Below, piece after piece: positions 6,052 through 14,830 of a DNA stretch of 26,090 nt. Numbering within the stretch: the stretch's first letter is position 1; every line of letters begins with the position of its first letter. Source of the stretch: Pseudomonadota bacterium (GTDB lineage Bacteria > Bdellovibrionota > Bdellovibrionia > Bdellovibrionales > SG-bin7); the NCBI GenBank assembly GCA_034439715.1, contig JAWXAY010000020.1, positions 1-26,090 of the forward strand, written 5' to 3'. The position numbers were made by a program, and so were the translations under genes. Under the pieces are notes generated by a model, which saw only the letters and a list, made by a program, of their open reading frames with translations, was not told the origin of the DNA and did no database searches.

Positions 6052-8787
6052 CTAGGCGGCTTTCTTTTTTTGTAGCGAAATAATGTAGTCAACAACTTTA
6101 ACGTGATTTTTCGAGCGCGCATAATCTACAGCCAGTTTACTTTTTGCGTCCTTTTCTTGGGGATCGGCTCCGCACTCAATCAAGGCGGTTACCACTTTCA
6201 GATCCCCCATAAAACAAGCGATCATAAGTGGAGTGGCGCCTAAGTGGCGGGTATTAATGGAGCACCCGGCTTGCACTAAGATCTTAATAGCATCAGCACT
6301 GCCCCCCTCAATCGCATGAAGGAGTGGTCCGCGGCCTTGGCCGTCCTTTAGTTGTAGATTGGCACTTTTCTCTAAAAGGAGGCGAATGATCATGGTATTA
6401 CCCTGGCGAGCGGCTAGCATCAGTGGCGTGTGTCCCGCGAAATCTTTAGCGTCAATTTCTGATTGGGCACTTAAAAGTTTGAGCACGGATTCTTCGTTTC
6501 CGGCGACACAAGCCTGCGTAAGGGGGGGTTGCCCTGCAGGATTTCGCGTTTTTATATCGATTTTTTCTTTTTCAACTTTTTGTTCAGGGGCTGCTCGCGA
6601 AAAAAACTCATTATTCTGTTTATTGAGCTCCTCGTATTTTTTTAATAAATCAATCATATTTATTCGATTATAGGCCTTAACTATTTGATGGACTGACTCG
6701 CCTTTAGAATTTTTCACATTAACATCGGCACCTGCATCTATGAGAGCTTCTAGCATTTGGTCGTTTCCGACACGAGCCGCAACCATGAGAGCCGTTTCGC
6801 CTTTATTATTTTTAACATTTATGTTTAAAGCGGTTGATAACCATACTTTTCCAGAAGTGGCAGGCTCATTTTTTTTACTATCGCTAACAAAGCCAGTTTC
6901 AAAGGCTGCGACAAGTATTAGATTAAACATTTCGTAATTGTTGGACTCAATTGTTTGCATTATTGGGGTATTGCCACTTGGGTCCTGCACATTTAAGTTG
7001 GCTTTGGCCTTTAAAACAGCCCTTGCGATGTCACGATTTCCAGATTTAAGGGCGTAGTTAAGTGCCGTGAGACCGGCCTCATCGGTGGCGGCGAGATTGA
7101 CTTTGGCGTCAAGTAGCTTTTGTAGAGCAGTGAGGTCGGCGGATTTAATGGCATCAAAAATGGGGCGATTATCAACTTCAAAAATGGGAACTTTGGCTGG
7201 TGAAGTCAATGTCGAGATGTCCGCAGCCATTTTACCCAAGGTATCTTTTGAACTTACGATTTTAACAGTCCCAGGCGCTTGTACGGATTCGGAAACAGTG
7301 ACGGTCACGGCTGCGGCCGGGGCGGGATCAGGTGCGACCGTTGGAATTTCAGACGGGCCAGCGAGCTGGTCAATTTCGCTTTGGGTGAGGCTCTCGCCTA
7401 AATCAGTTAAAAAGTTTTTGACAAGATTGCCGAAAAATTTTTCTTCGAAATACTCGGAGGGCTTACCGCCATCAAGACCTGATATTTTTCTCATTGCGTT
7501 TGCCGCCGAGCGAGTTTGTTTGCCATATCTTAGACTTGTCAGTTCGTCAAACTCATCAGCGATAGCACAAACCTTTGCATAGGGGTGGATTTCATCACCC
7601 TTTAATCCGTAAGGAAATCCCGAGCCGTCTATTTTTTCGTGGTGTTGCAGTATCATTTTCATCACAGCATCTGGAAGCTTCATTTTCTTAAATTTAACAG
7701 TCATTGCGCCATTGCCAGGATGTAGTTTAAACTGGGCCCGTTCGGATTCGGTCATTTCAGAATATTCTTTACCGATAAGTTCACTAGGGAGATCTCCCAT
7801 GCCGAGATCGTGTAGGAAGCCACCCATTTGTAGGGTTTCTGGTTCGGTCAAGCCCATTGATAAACCAAAAAGCGCACAGTAGGTGGCGACATTTCGACAG
7901 TGAGTGTAGCTCGTCATATTTTGTGAAGCCAACTCCTTAATGACATTTGCAAATTGTTTTTTGGAGCCAGTGCTGTCTTCAAGCTGATCCAAAACTTTTC
8001 GGGCATTTTCGAGCATGAGTTGTCCCTGTGTCTCATCAACGCTTTCTTGCGCAAAAAAGCCACCGAGAAGCTTTCGCACTTCCCCAGCTATTTTCTTTTC
8101 TTTTTCTAACTTGGAAAGTCTTTCGTCTTTTTGTAAACGACCTAAAACTTGGGCGCTATAATTAAAGTAAGTCGAAAGTTCAGATTTTTTAATGTACAGC
8201 GAATATTTTGACTGATGCTTGAACTTTTCAATAGATTTCTCGTCGAGGTTTTTGCCTTTTTGGCGGTAAAGTAGAATTTTTTTGTTGTGAGGCAGCACAA
8301 CAAAAATGTCAAACGGTAGGGCTTCTGACCATTCCAACTCTAGAACATTGACCCGCGAGATGGTTTCCATGGTGAGATTGTTCTCGCCGATTTCGACCGG
8401 AGCAAATTCAAAGATACTGTTTATAACCATTTCTTCTTCAAAGGGTAGTTGATAAACAAAATCAAGGCCCTTGGCATAAAGTTGGTCAGGCCTATAGATA
8501 AGTTTTCCTGAAAAGACTCCCACAATTTTCATGACCGAGGAAAGTTTTCTAATCTCAGTCACAATCTGTGAGAGATTTTCATTTTCTTTGTCGGGTGCGA
8601 GTTCGATAAGTGCCAGCTTTGGCAGATTTTTTTTTCCAGCTTGCTGTATGCTTCCGACAGCCATAATATCTTGAAACTGAAAACCATAGCGGGTCATGCG
8701 CTCTTTAAAAGGGGACAGATGGGACTCCAACAATGGAAACACCAAAAGAACTTCACTGCCTTTTTGAGCGTTTGTTTTTTTAGCCAT
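6052..8787 (-). CDS. HD-GYP domain protein with degenerate receiver-like N-terminus and about 10 C-terminal ankyrin repeats
   Basis: YTHCRNV, LHDLG, LHP, QHHEKIDGSGFPYGLKGDEI and IADEFD at about 7490-7920. Ankyrin repeats such as GETALMVAARVGN, GHTPLMLAARQGN and GATPLMIACFMGD at about 6070-7170. Confidence 0.88.
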   Translation of the reverse strand: MAKKTNAQKGSEVLLVFPLLESHLSPFKERMTRYGFQFQDIMAVGSIQQAGKKNLPKLALIELAPDKENENLSQIVTEIRKLSSVMKIVGVFSGKLIYRPDQLYAKGLDFVYQLPFEEEMVINSIFEFAPVEIGENNLTMETISRVNVLELEWSEALPFDIFVVLPHNKKILLYRQKGKNLDEKSIEKFKHQSKYSLYIKKSELSTYFNYSAQVLGRLQKDERLSKLEKEKKIAGEVRKLLGGFFAQESVDETQGQLMLENARKVLDQLEDSTGSKKQFANVIKELASQNMTSYTHCRNVATYCALFGLSMGLTEPETLQMGGFLHDLGMGDLPSELIGKEYSEMTESERAQFKLHPGNGAMTVKFKKMKLPDAVMKMILQHHEKIDGSGFPYGLKGDEIHPYAKVCAIADEFDELTSLRYGKQTRSAANAMRKISGLDGGKPSEYFEEKFFGNLVKNFLTDLGESLTQSEIDQLAGPSEIPTVAPDPAPAAAVTVTVSESVQAPGTVKIVSSKDTLGKMAADISTLTSPAKVPIFEVDNRPIFDAIKSADLTALQKLLDAKVNLAATDEAGLTALNYALKSGNRDIARAVLKAKANLNVQDPSGNTPIMQTIESNNYEMFNLILVAAFETGFVSDSKKNEPATSGKVWLSTALNINVKNNKGETALMVAARVGNDQMLEALIDAGADVNVKNSKGESVHQIVKAYNRINMIDLLKKYEELNKQNNEFFSRAAPEQKVEKEKIDIKTRNPAGQPPLTQACVAGNEESVLKLLSAQSEIDAKDFAGHTPLMLAARQGNTMIIRLLLEKSANLQLKDGQGRGPLLHAIEGGSADAIKILVQAGCSINTRHLGATPLMIACFMGDLKVVTALIECGADPQEKDAKSKLAVDYARSKNHVKVVDYIISLQKKKAA

Positions 8788-8812
8788 TTTAATATTTTTC
8801 TCTTCTAGTTTC

Positions 8813-8839
8813 TTATCGGGTGTACCCAGAACAACTATA
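8813..8839 (-). promoter_or_regulatory. Candidate sigma28 (FliA) promoter of the HD-GYP/ankyrin gene
   Basis: Minus strand reads TATA-N15-CCCGATAA, versus consensus TAAA-N15-GCCGATAA; ends 26 nt upstream of the ATG. Confidence 0.5.
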
Positions 8840-8928
8840 CAATTTTGTTTAGTATTTTGAAATCTGACCTAGGTCTGCAGTTTCTGCTTGCATGGCCCCC
8901 ACGAGGCATGTTTGATGTCTTTACCTAG

Positions 8929-10581
8929 ATGAAAATTCTATTGATTCAACCACCTGTCGAAGATTTTTATGATACTGATATCAGGCTCCAGCCTTTGGGC
9001 TTGGGATATCTAAAGGCCATTCTCAACCAAAAAATAAGCGGATTGAAAGTTAAAATACTCGACTTTCATCAAGGTTGGGGGCGGCAGACAGTACGGATCC
9101 CTCCCGAATTAAACTATTTAAAAGCTTATTATCAACACGACGATCGTGGTCCGTTTTGTGGTTTTCATGGTTATTACCGTTTTGGCGCAGGCCCTGATGA
9201 AATTAGAATCGCGATAGCCAAAGAAAATCCTGATGTAGTAGCCATTTCTAGCCTCTTTTCTCCCTATTATCGCGAGGCTCTAGAAGTCGCGAAAATTGCT
9301 AAGAGTATATCATCTGAGATTCGTGTGGTTTTAGGTGGCTCACATGTTTCTAGTTGCCCAGATTCAATATTAACCTCTAAGTATGTGGACTATGTCATTG
9401 TTGGTGAAGGGGAGCGCGCACTTGCTGAGCTAGTCGAACATTTCAGAGGAGAACGGGCCGTTTCTGAGGTGTCGAGCTTAGGCTACAAACATTTAGACAA
9501 ACTTATTTATAATGAAAAAAAAGAAAACTTTGATTTGAATCTATTGCCATTTCCGGAGTTTTCGGATTTGCCAATGAGCCATTATTTATTTGAGGGCAGA
9601 CCGTTAACATTTCTTGTAACTTCTCGAAGTTGTCCCCATCGCTGTTCCTTTTGCTCAGTGCATAATACTTTTGGTTTTAAATATCGTCGGCGTAAGATCG
9701 ACAATGTTTTGTGTGAAATTAAATTACGCTATGAACAAGGTTACCGAGTTATCGATTTCGAGGACGACAACCTTACCTTTTATGTAAAAGAAATGAAACT
9801 CTTATGCCAAGGTCTTATTGAAATGTTTCCCAATAATGAGATGGAATTTTTGGCTATGAATGGGGTGTCGTATTTAAGTTTGGATTCGGAATTATTAAAT
9901 CTGATGTGGTCCGCCGGATTTAAGCGTCTAAATTTAGCACTTGTGAGTTCAGATAAGTCGGTATTAGAAACCACAAAACGCCCCCACACGGTAGAAAAAT
10001 ATGTCGACATTGTGAACGAGGCCAAGAAATTGGGCTTTAAAATAACTAGCTATCAAATTTTAGGTCTCCCGTTTGAGACGCTCACAAGTATGATTCAAAC
10101 TCTATCGTTTAATACCCAACAGCCGGTACTTTTAGGGGCTTCTATGTTCTATATGACGCCCAATTCTCCGGTCGCCAAATCTTTAGATTACCCAGTAACC
10201 GCAACGAATATGTTCACGTCTCGACTAACGGCAATGGCCATCGAGAATGAAAATTTTTGCCGAGATGATATATACACATTGTTTGTTACTACGAGGATTA
10301 TTAATTTCGTCAAAGGTCTGACATTTGACCTTTCGAACCGAGATCAGAGGGGGCTGCATATTTTGCGGCATCTTTTAAATAAAAAAGAATTGCTGGCTGA
10401 TACCAACAAGGGATTCGTAGTACAGAAAAGATTTAATGTGGATTTGTTTCTAAAGGTGTGGTCAACTTTTAAAAGTATCATGAGCATAAATGGCAGGATG
10501 GTCGATTTAAAAAACTTTACGGACCCCGAGGTACCACATCATGAAAGTCAGAATTATCAGGGCGAAATCTTTAGCTCTTAG
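8929..10581 (+). CDS. B12-binding domain radical SAM protein
   Basis: N-terminal cobalamin-binding domain (ILLIQPP, QPLGLGYL, PDVVAIS, VVLGGSH, VIVGEGE); CPHRCSFC CxxxCxxC motif at 9631-9654; FEDDNL; ILGLPFET. Confidence 0.9.
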   Translation: MKILLIQPPVEDFYDTDIRLQPLGLGYLKAILNQKISGLKVKILDFHQGWGRQTVRIPPELNYLKAYYQHDDRGPFCGFHGYYRFGAGPDEIRIAIAKENPDVVAISSLFSPYYREALEVAKIAKSISSEIRVVLGGSHVSSCPDSILTSKYVDYVIVGEGERALAELVEHFRGERAVSEVSSLGYKHLDKLIYNEKKENFDLNLLPFPEFSDLPMSHYLFEGRPLTFLVTSRSCPHRCSFCSVHNTFGFKYRRRKIDNVLCEIKLRYEQGYRVIDFEDDNLTFYVKEMKLLCQGLIEMFPNNEMEFLAMNGVSYLSLDSELLNLMWSAGFKRLNLALVSSDKSVLETTKRPHTVEKYVDIVNEAKKLGFKITSYQILGLPFETLTSMIQTLSFNTQQPVLLGASMFYMTPNSPVAKSLDYPVTATNMFTSRLTAMAIENENFCRDDIYTLFVTTRIINFVKGLTFDLSNRDQRGLHILRHLLNKKELLADTNKGFVVQKRFNVDLFLKVWSTFKSIMSINGRMVDLKNFTDPEVPHHESQNYQGEIFSS

Positions 10582-11002
10582 TGACTGCGAGCGTCTAGTA
10601 GTTGGCACTGAGCCATTTAAAACTTATGGTTTTAATAGAAAAAGTTGTCAACGAATAATCAAAAGTTTAAAGAGTTCAAAAATTTTGATCGCTAAATGTG
10701 GCTCTAAAACTCTCGGCTATGCAATATACACTACTTCTTTTTTAAATGGATATTATCTCAAGCAAATTGTCGTCGATTCTCAGTATCGTGGATGCGGATT
10801 TGGTAAAAAGCTGATGAAAGAACTAGAGAGAGAAACTTTTAAAAATAAAAAGGCTTTGTATCTTTGTGTATCGGATTTTAATCGCTCGGCGCAAAAATTT
10901 TATAAAGAGCAGGGTTATTCTAAAATCGGGCTTCTTCGAGATTATTTTCTTAAAGGTGTGCATGAGATTTTATTATGTAAGTCGAAAGGTAAACATTTTT
11001 AA
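10541..11002 (+). CDS. GNAT family N-acetyltransferase
   Basis: Motif A VVDSQYRGCGFGKKLM; LCVSDFNRSAQKFYKEQGY; overlaps the radical SAM gene by 41 bp. Confidence 0.88.
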   Translation: MKVRIIRAKSLALSDCERLVVGTEPFKTYGFNRKSCQRIIKSLKSSKILIAKCGSKTLGYAIYTTSFLNGYYLKQIVVDSQYRGCGFGKKLMKELERETFKNKKALYLCVSDFNRSAQKFYKEQGYSKIGLLRDYFLKGVHEILLCKSKGKHF

Positions 11003-12214
11003 GTAACGGCCTTCTGGGAAATACTTTAACACCGGGTGATCCGCCGCATGCCCGCCTTTTAGCAACACAGTTCCTTGTCTTTTGGCTCGATTCATTGCCT
11101 TATTTAAAATCTCTTTGAAATCGTCTTCAGATAAATTTCCTGAACAAGAGCAAGTGACCATAAGGCCGTGAGGTTTCGTTAGGCGAAAGGCATGGCTATT
11201 CAGTTTTTGATAGGCATGGGTTCCAGTGGCTATATGTTTTCGTGATTTAATAAATGCTGGGGGATCACAAATTACAACATCAAATTGTTCGTTAAAATGT
11301 TTTAGTTCATCCATGACATCCATTTTCAAGAACCGAGCGCTAGCTTGATACCTTTCCATATTGATCTTCGCCAAATCTAAGGCCTTCTGAGAAGAATCAA
11401 TCAAGGTAAAATCCATTTTTATGTCCTGTGTTTGAGCCAAATGGGCCAAATGGGTTGACCACTGACCCACGTAACTACAGAGGTCTAAAATTTTCAGTGG
11501 TCTATCTTGCCGTGAGACAAGATCTAGCAAGCAATTAATGTTAAAAGACTGGTCCAAAAAAAATCCGGTCTTTTGGCCTCCCAATAAATCGGTCGTAACC
11601 TTGATCAGATTTTTTTTGTAAGAATTCAAGAGAATTTCTACATTTCTTAAATCAAGACCAAAAACATTTTTTAAAACGATGGGCTCTTTAACTTCAAGAC
11701 CTTCGAGTCTCCGAATATTGGCATCGCTTCTTAAAATTACAGCCGTTCTATCCCAGTCGGTAGAAAATGTTTGTTCTAGAATATAAAGAACTTCAGAAAA
11801 TAATTTATCCATTCCAGCGGTCAGAACCTGGCATGAAAAAATCGCGGCATCAATGGTTTTATAGTAGTCAATGACTAGGCCAGGCAGTGAGTCCGCTTCA
11901 GAAAAACAAAGGCGAAAGCTTCCGGTAAAACCTTCACGAATACGCAAGTCCCAAGCTGCTTTAAGTTTTTTTGAAATTGTTGCCGACGTAAAATATTCTG
12001 TGTCATCGGCATCAGTGCTCAGGGCGCGAAATGCTATGGTTGATAATGGATTGCCGTAACCGTAGGCCACAAATCCGCCTTCGCGGTCTTCGAGCTTTAC
12101 AAGGCCTCCGGGAGCGTGACCTTTGCCGATATTGTTTAATTCATTTGAATATTTCCAGGGATGGTTTTTACGCTCATCTTTGAGTGAACTTTTTCTGAGT
12201 CGCCAAATTGTCAT
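10973..12214 (-). CDS. RlmI-like class I SAM-dependent rRNA methyltransferase (PUA + MTase)
   Basis: HPWKYSNEL (PUA domain), SEADSLPGLVID, GQKTGFFLDQ, ILDLCSYVG, DVVICDPPAF, TCSCS, ADHP...EGRYLK. The ATG at 12214 overlaps the upstream stop as ATGA. Confidence 0.88.
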   Translation of the reverse strand: MTIWRLRKSSLKDERKNHPWKYSNELNNIGKGHAPGGLVKLEDREGGFVAYGYGNPLSTIAFRALSTDADDTEYFTSATISKKLKAAWDLRIREGFTGSFRLCFSEADSLPGLVIDYYKTIDAAIFSCQVLTAGMDKLFSEVLYILEQTFSTDWDRTAVILRSDANIRRLEGLEVKEPIVLKNVFGLDLRNVEILLNSYKKNLIKVTTDLLGGQKTGFFLDQSFNINCLLDLVSRQDRPLKILDLCSYVGQWSTHLAHLAQTQDIKMDFTLIDSSQKALDLAKINMERYQASARFLKMDVMDELKHFNEQFDVVICDPPAFIKSRKHIATGTHAYQKLNSHAFRLTKPHGLMVTCSCSGNLSEDDFKEILNKAMNRAKRQGTVLLKGGHAADHPVLKYFPEGRYLKMFTFRLT

Positions 12215-12594
12215 ATTTTTTTTGGTACAGTTGTACACTCTCCCTGAGGATTAATGGTAACGTCAACTCGCAGACTTTCGGTATGTGCTAGCCATTTTTC
12301 CTGTAGATCCTGAGGCAAATTATTTTTTTCCATCGCCTTTTTTAAAAGAACCCGTCTTCGATCAAATTGTCCACCTTGAATCACAAGGGGCCGGTGTAAC
12401 GTCTTTAGATCGCGTCCTGTATACAGAGAATCAAAACCCAAAGTCTCTTTAGCCAATTCAAGTTCTTTTTCAATCAGTCGCTCTTTGTTTTTACCCTCAA
12501 ACATATATCCAATCATCGCATCCGGAAAAACCAGATTATAAAAATCAACCACAATTTGACGCAGCTTATTTTCAGTGGTCAAAATCCTACCCAT
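12211..12594 (-). CDS. Cytoplasmic group 1 truncated haemoglobin-like protein
   Basis: IVVDFY (B9/B10), MIGYMF (CD1), YTGRDLKTLH (proximal His), GQFDRR; 127 aa, no signal peptide. Confidence 0.8.
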   Translation of the reverse strand: MGRILTTENKLRQIVVDFYNLVFPDAMIGYMFEGKNKERLIEKELELAKETLGFDSLYTGRDLKTLHRPLVIQGGQFDRRRVLLKKAMEKNNLPQDLQEKWLAHTESLRVDVTINPQGECTTVPKKI

Positions 12595-12655
12595 TGGTTT
12601 AAAAAAGAGTCATTGGACTTCTTAATCATATTTGAATCAAAATCAAGGAGAATGT

Positions 12656-13141
12656 ATGCCATCGTTTGATTTAATCTCTGAAATTAACATGCAGGAGATG
12701 GACAATGCCATTGTGCAAGCTCAAAAAGAAGTAGCGGGCCGCTATGATTTTCGCGGAAGCAAGTCTCAAATCGAATGGGACAAAAAAGAAATTAAGATTT
12801 TGGCAGAAGACGAGTACAAACTTAATGCCATGAAGGACATTTTACAGAGTAAGGTTCATAAGAGAGGTATCGATCTTAAGGCTTTAAAATTTGAAAAGGC
12901 TGAGGCTTCTGCCGGGCAATCACTTAAACAGTTGGTCAAATTGGTACAGGGAATAGAAAAAGAAGTGGCCTCAAAGATCACTAAAGCCATTCGGGACTCT
13001 AAACTTAAGGTTCAAGCCCAGATTATGGACGAAAAAATTCGCGTGAGCTCAAAAAGTATCGATGAATTACAAAGTTGTATGAAGTTTGTGAAAGGCCAAG
13101 ATTTTGGAGTTCCTCTTCAGACCGATAATATGAAATCCTAG
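12656..13141 (+). CDS. yajQ: YajQ family nucleotide/c-di-GMP-binding protein
   Basis: MPSFD start follows AAGGAG; RYDFRGSK, LVQGI, SKLKVQAQI, RVSSKSIDELQ, VPLQTDN. Confidence 0.95.
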   Translation: MPSFDLISEINMQEMDNAIVQAQKEVAGRYDFRGSKSQIEWDKKEIKILAEDEYKLNAMKDILQSKVHKRGIDLKALKFEKAEASAGQSLKQLVKLVQGIEKEVASKITKAIRDSKLKVQAQIMDEKIRVSSKSIDELQSCMKFVKGQDFGVPLQTDNMKS

Positions 13142-13157
13142 GATTTCCAAGAAGTGA

Positions 13158-13800
13158 TCAAAGAGTAAAAAAATCACAACAAAACACGCAGGCAATGTCG
13201 GTTCCTGAGGCACGAACCTGCTTACGTTGCTCTTCGATAAAAGCGACGACCTGCTGCCTAAGTATTTCTAGATCCTTTTTTGAAATTGAAAAAACATTTG
13301 AGTAATGGACATCCTCTTTAATCATAGCTCTTTCGACAGCTCTAATACGCCAATTCAAATGATGTGAGTGGCATTGCGGGTGCTCTGAGGGAAGATAGAT
13401 GTCTTTTCCGGCATGAATATATTTTTCCTTTTCTTTTTGCACTAGATTCATTTCAACTAGATCCCTGAGTGCATTAATGACGGCGTTGACGGGCAAATGA
13501 AGTTTTTCGGCGATAGCGGGTGCGACCTGAAAGGTCGGTATGCTCGTGAGGATATGGATTGCACTATATAGCCAACTTGAATAGTACAACGTCCTTTGTG
13601 TTTCTTGAACCTCATTTGGTTTCTCTCGTTTTAATATCTTATCAGTCAAAACTAGCGTCTGCTTTTTTAATTTGTCAATTTTTCTCTGAAGTTGTCTCTT
13701 CGCCTCGATAGACGAACTACGATTAAGGAGTAAAAGTAGTAGGAGGTATTCCGACTCAATCTCCGAATAATTTTGACTGACACAAAATTGGAGTGTTTCT
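13158..13800 (-). pseudogene. 5'-truncated TIGR02147/DUF4423 family protein
   Basis: C-terminal family motifs YYSSWLYSAIHIL, HHLNWR, HYSNVFSIS and FCCDFF. The frame stays open upstream of the TTG at 13649 for 58 codons (..SEIESEYLLLLLLLNRSSS..) with no start codon, up to TAA at 13824-13826. The N-terminal HTH is missing. Confidence 0.7.
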
Positions 13801-14266
13801 TGGCGGCTTTCCGCACCAAAGTGTTAGCAAATCTTCTTCGCACCCCCAGGCGAGTTACTACACAACATTGAAGTGTGCGCGTGAAGTTTGGAAGTCTGAT
13901 GACAATATTTCTATCGTACTGAATATGACCATTGATCCAATAGTCAGAAAGTATTGTGGATCAGTTTTTAATTCCGATTCTGATCGAGCTCTCTGTATGA
14001 GGGGATCGATGGCAGGTTTTGCTTTAACTACGGCGTTGTCCAGAATATCAAAAGAAAAGCAGATTGAGATTCTGGCGCCAGAAGTATATCAAGAACAACA
14101 ACAGACCTCGTTTTCACAATGTATGTTTAATACGTTTTTCTCAGGCGCGCTTTGTTCAGTAAGAAGTGACGTTGATGTGAGTGATGTCGATCCTCGTATC
14201 GGCACATGCAATAAGGAGGACGGGCATTCTCTGGGTTACCGCCCAGCTTGCTGGTATTCTAACTGA
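13781..14266 (+). pseudogene. 5'-truncated Cys-rich secreted metalloprotease-like protein fragment
   Basis: Begins directly after TGA (13778-13780) with HKIGVFLGGFP, resembling a decayed HExxH-LGG motif. Then QASYYTTLKC, 7 Cys and terminal RPACWY. No signal peptide or RBS. Confidence 0.55.
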
Positions 14267-14359
14267 GTGTGCATTTGGGGCGATAAAGTGGTTTTTATCT
14301 AACCTTAGTCTAGTTTGGCAGCCACTATATTGCTCCACTTATATAGCCGATAAAGGGTC

Positions 14360-14830
14360 ATGAAATTCGAAAACCTCATTGGGCAAGTATTTTTTGAAAA
14401 TGAATTTTATGAATTATTATTATTCGACATCGAAGAAAATTTCGAACAGTATTTTTCAAAATTTATTCACTTTTATTTCGATCGAGTTGAAGGCAAAAAA
14501 ATTATAATCACTGAGCTGGCTTATTTTAAAGACTCAAAAGAAATGAACAAAGAAAGCCGAAAAATTATAGAAAAAAAAGAGTGGTTTGAGGTCTGCCAGA
14601 ATCATAACCACTTTAATTTGCTACTTTGTCGCTTTGACAGGACTGGATTCGTCTCATCTGTTGAGAAAGACTCAACTCTAACCCAAGAATGGCGTCGTGG
14701 CTGGGCTGATGAGGAGCCTGATTTGGGGCCGATGACTCCCGATGAAATCCGTCAGGCGGTTCGTGAACTTAGCGGCTTTTTTTGTGACCAACAGGAGTTG
14801 CAAAAACTAAGATCTAAAAAAGCCGTTTAA
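14360..14830 (+). CDS. Hypothetical protein
   Basis: 156-aa ATG ORF, rich in acidic and aromatic residues; perfect GCCGATAA 6 nt upstream. Confidence 0.65.
   Translation: MKFENLIGQVFFENEFYELLLFDIEENFEQYFSKFIHFYFDRVEGKKIIITELAYFKDSKEMNKESRKIIEKKEWFEVCQNHNHFNLLLCRFDRTGFVSSVEKDSTLTQEWRRGWADEEPDLGPMTPDEIRQAVRELSGFFCDQQELQKLRSKKAV

Noticed and set aside
6070..7170. Possible DNA tandem repeat or CRISPR-like array
   Set aside because: The periodicity exists only at the protein level (ankyrin); I saw no identical nucleotide repeats.
6359..7582. Plus-strand ORFs of 65-171 aa inside the HD-GYP/ankyrin gene
   Set aside because: Antisense shadows with Ser/Ala-rich, non-protein-like composition.
8893..8908. 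GG-N10-GC upstream of the radical SAM gene
   Set aside because: Lacks TTGC and GGCA context, and is too close to the ATG.
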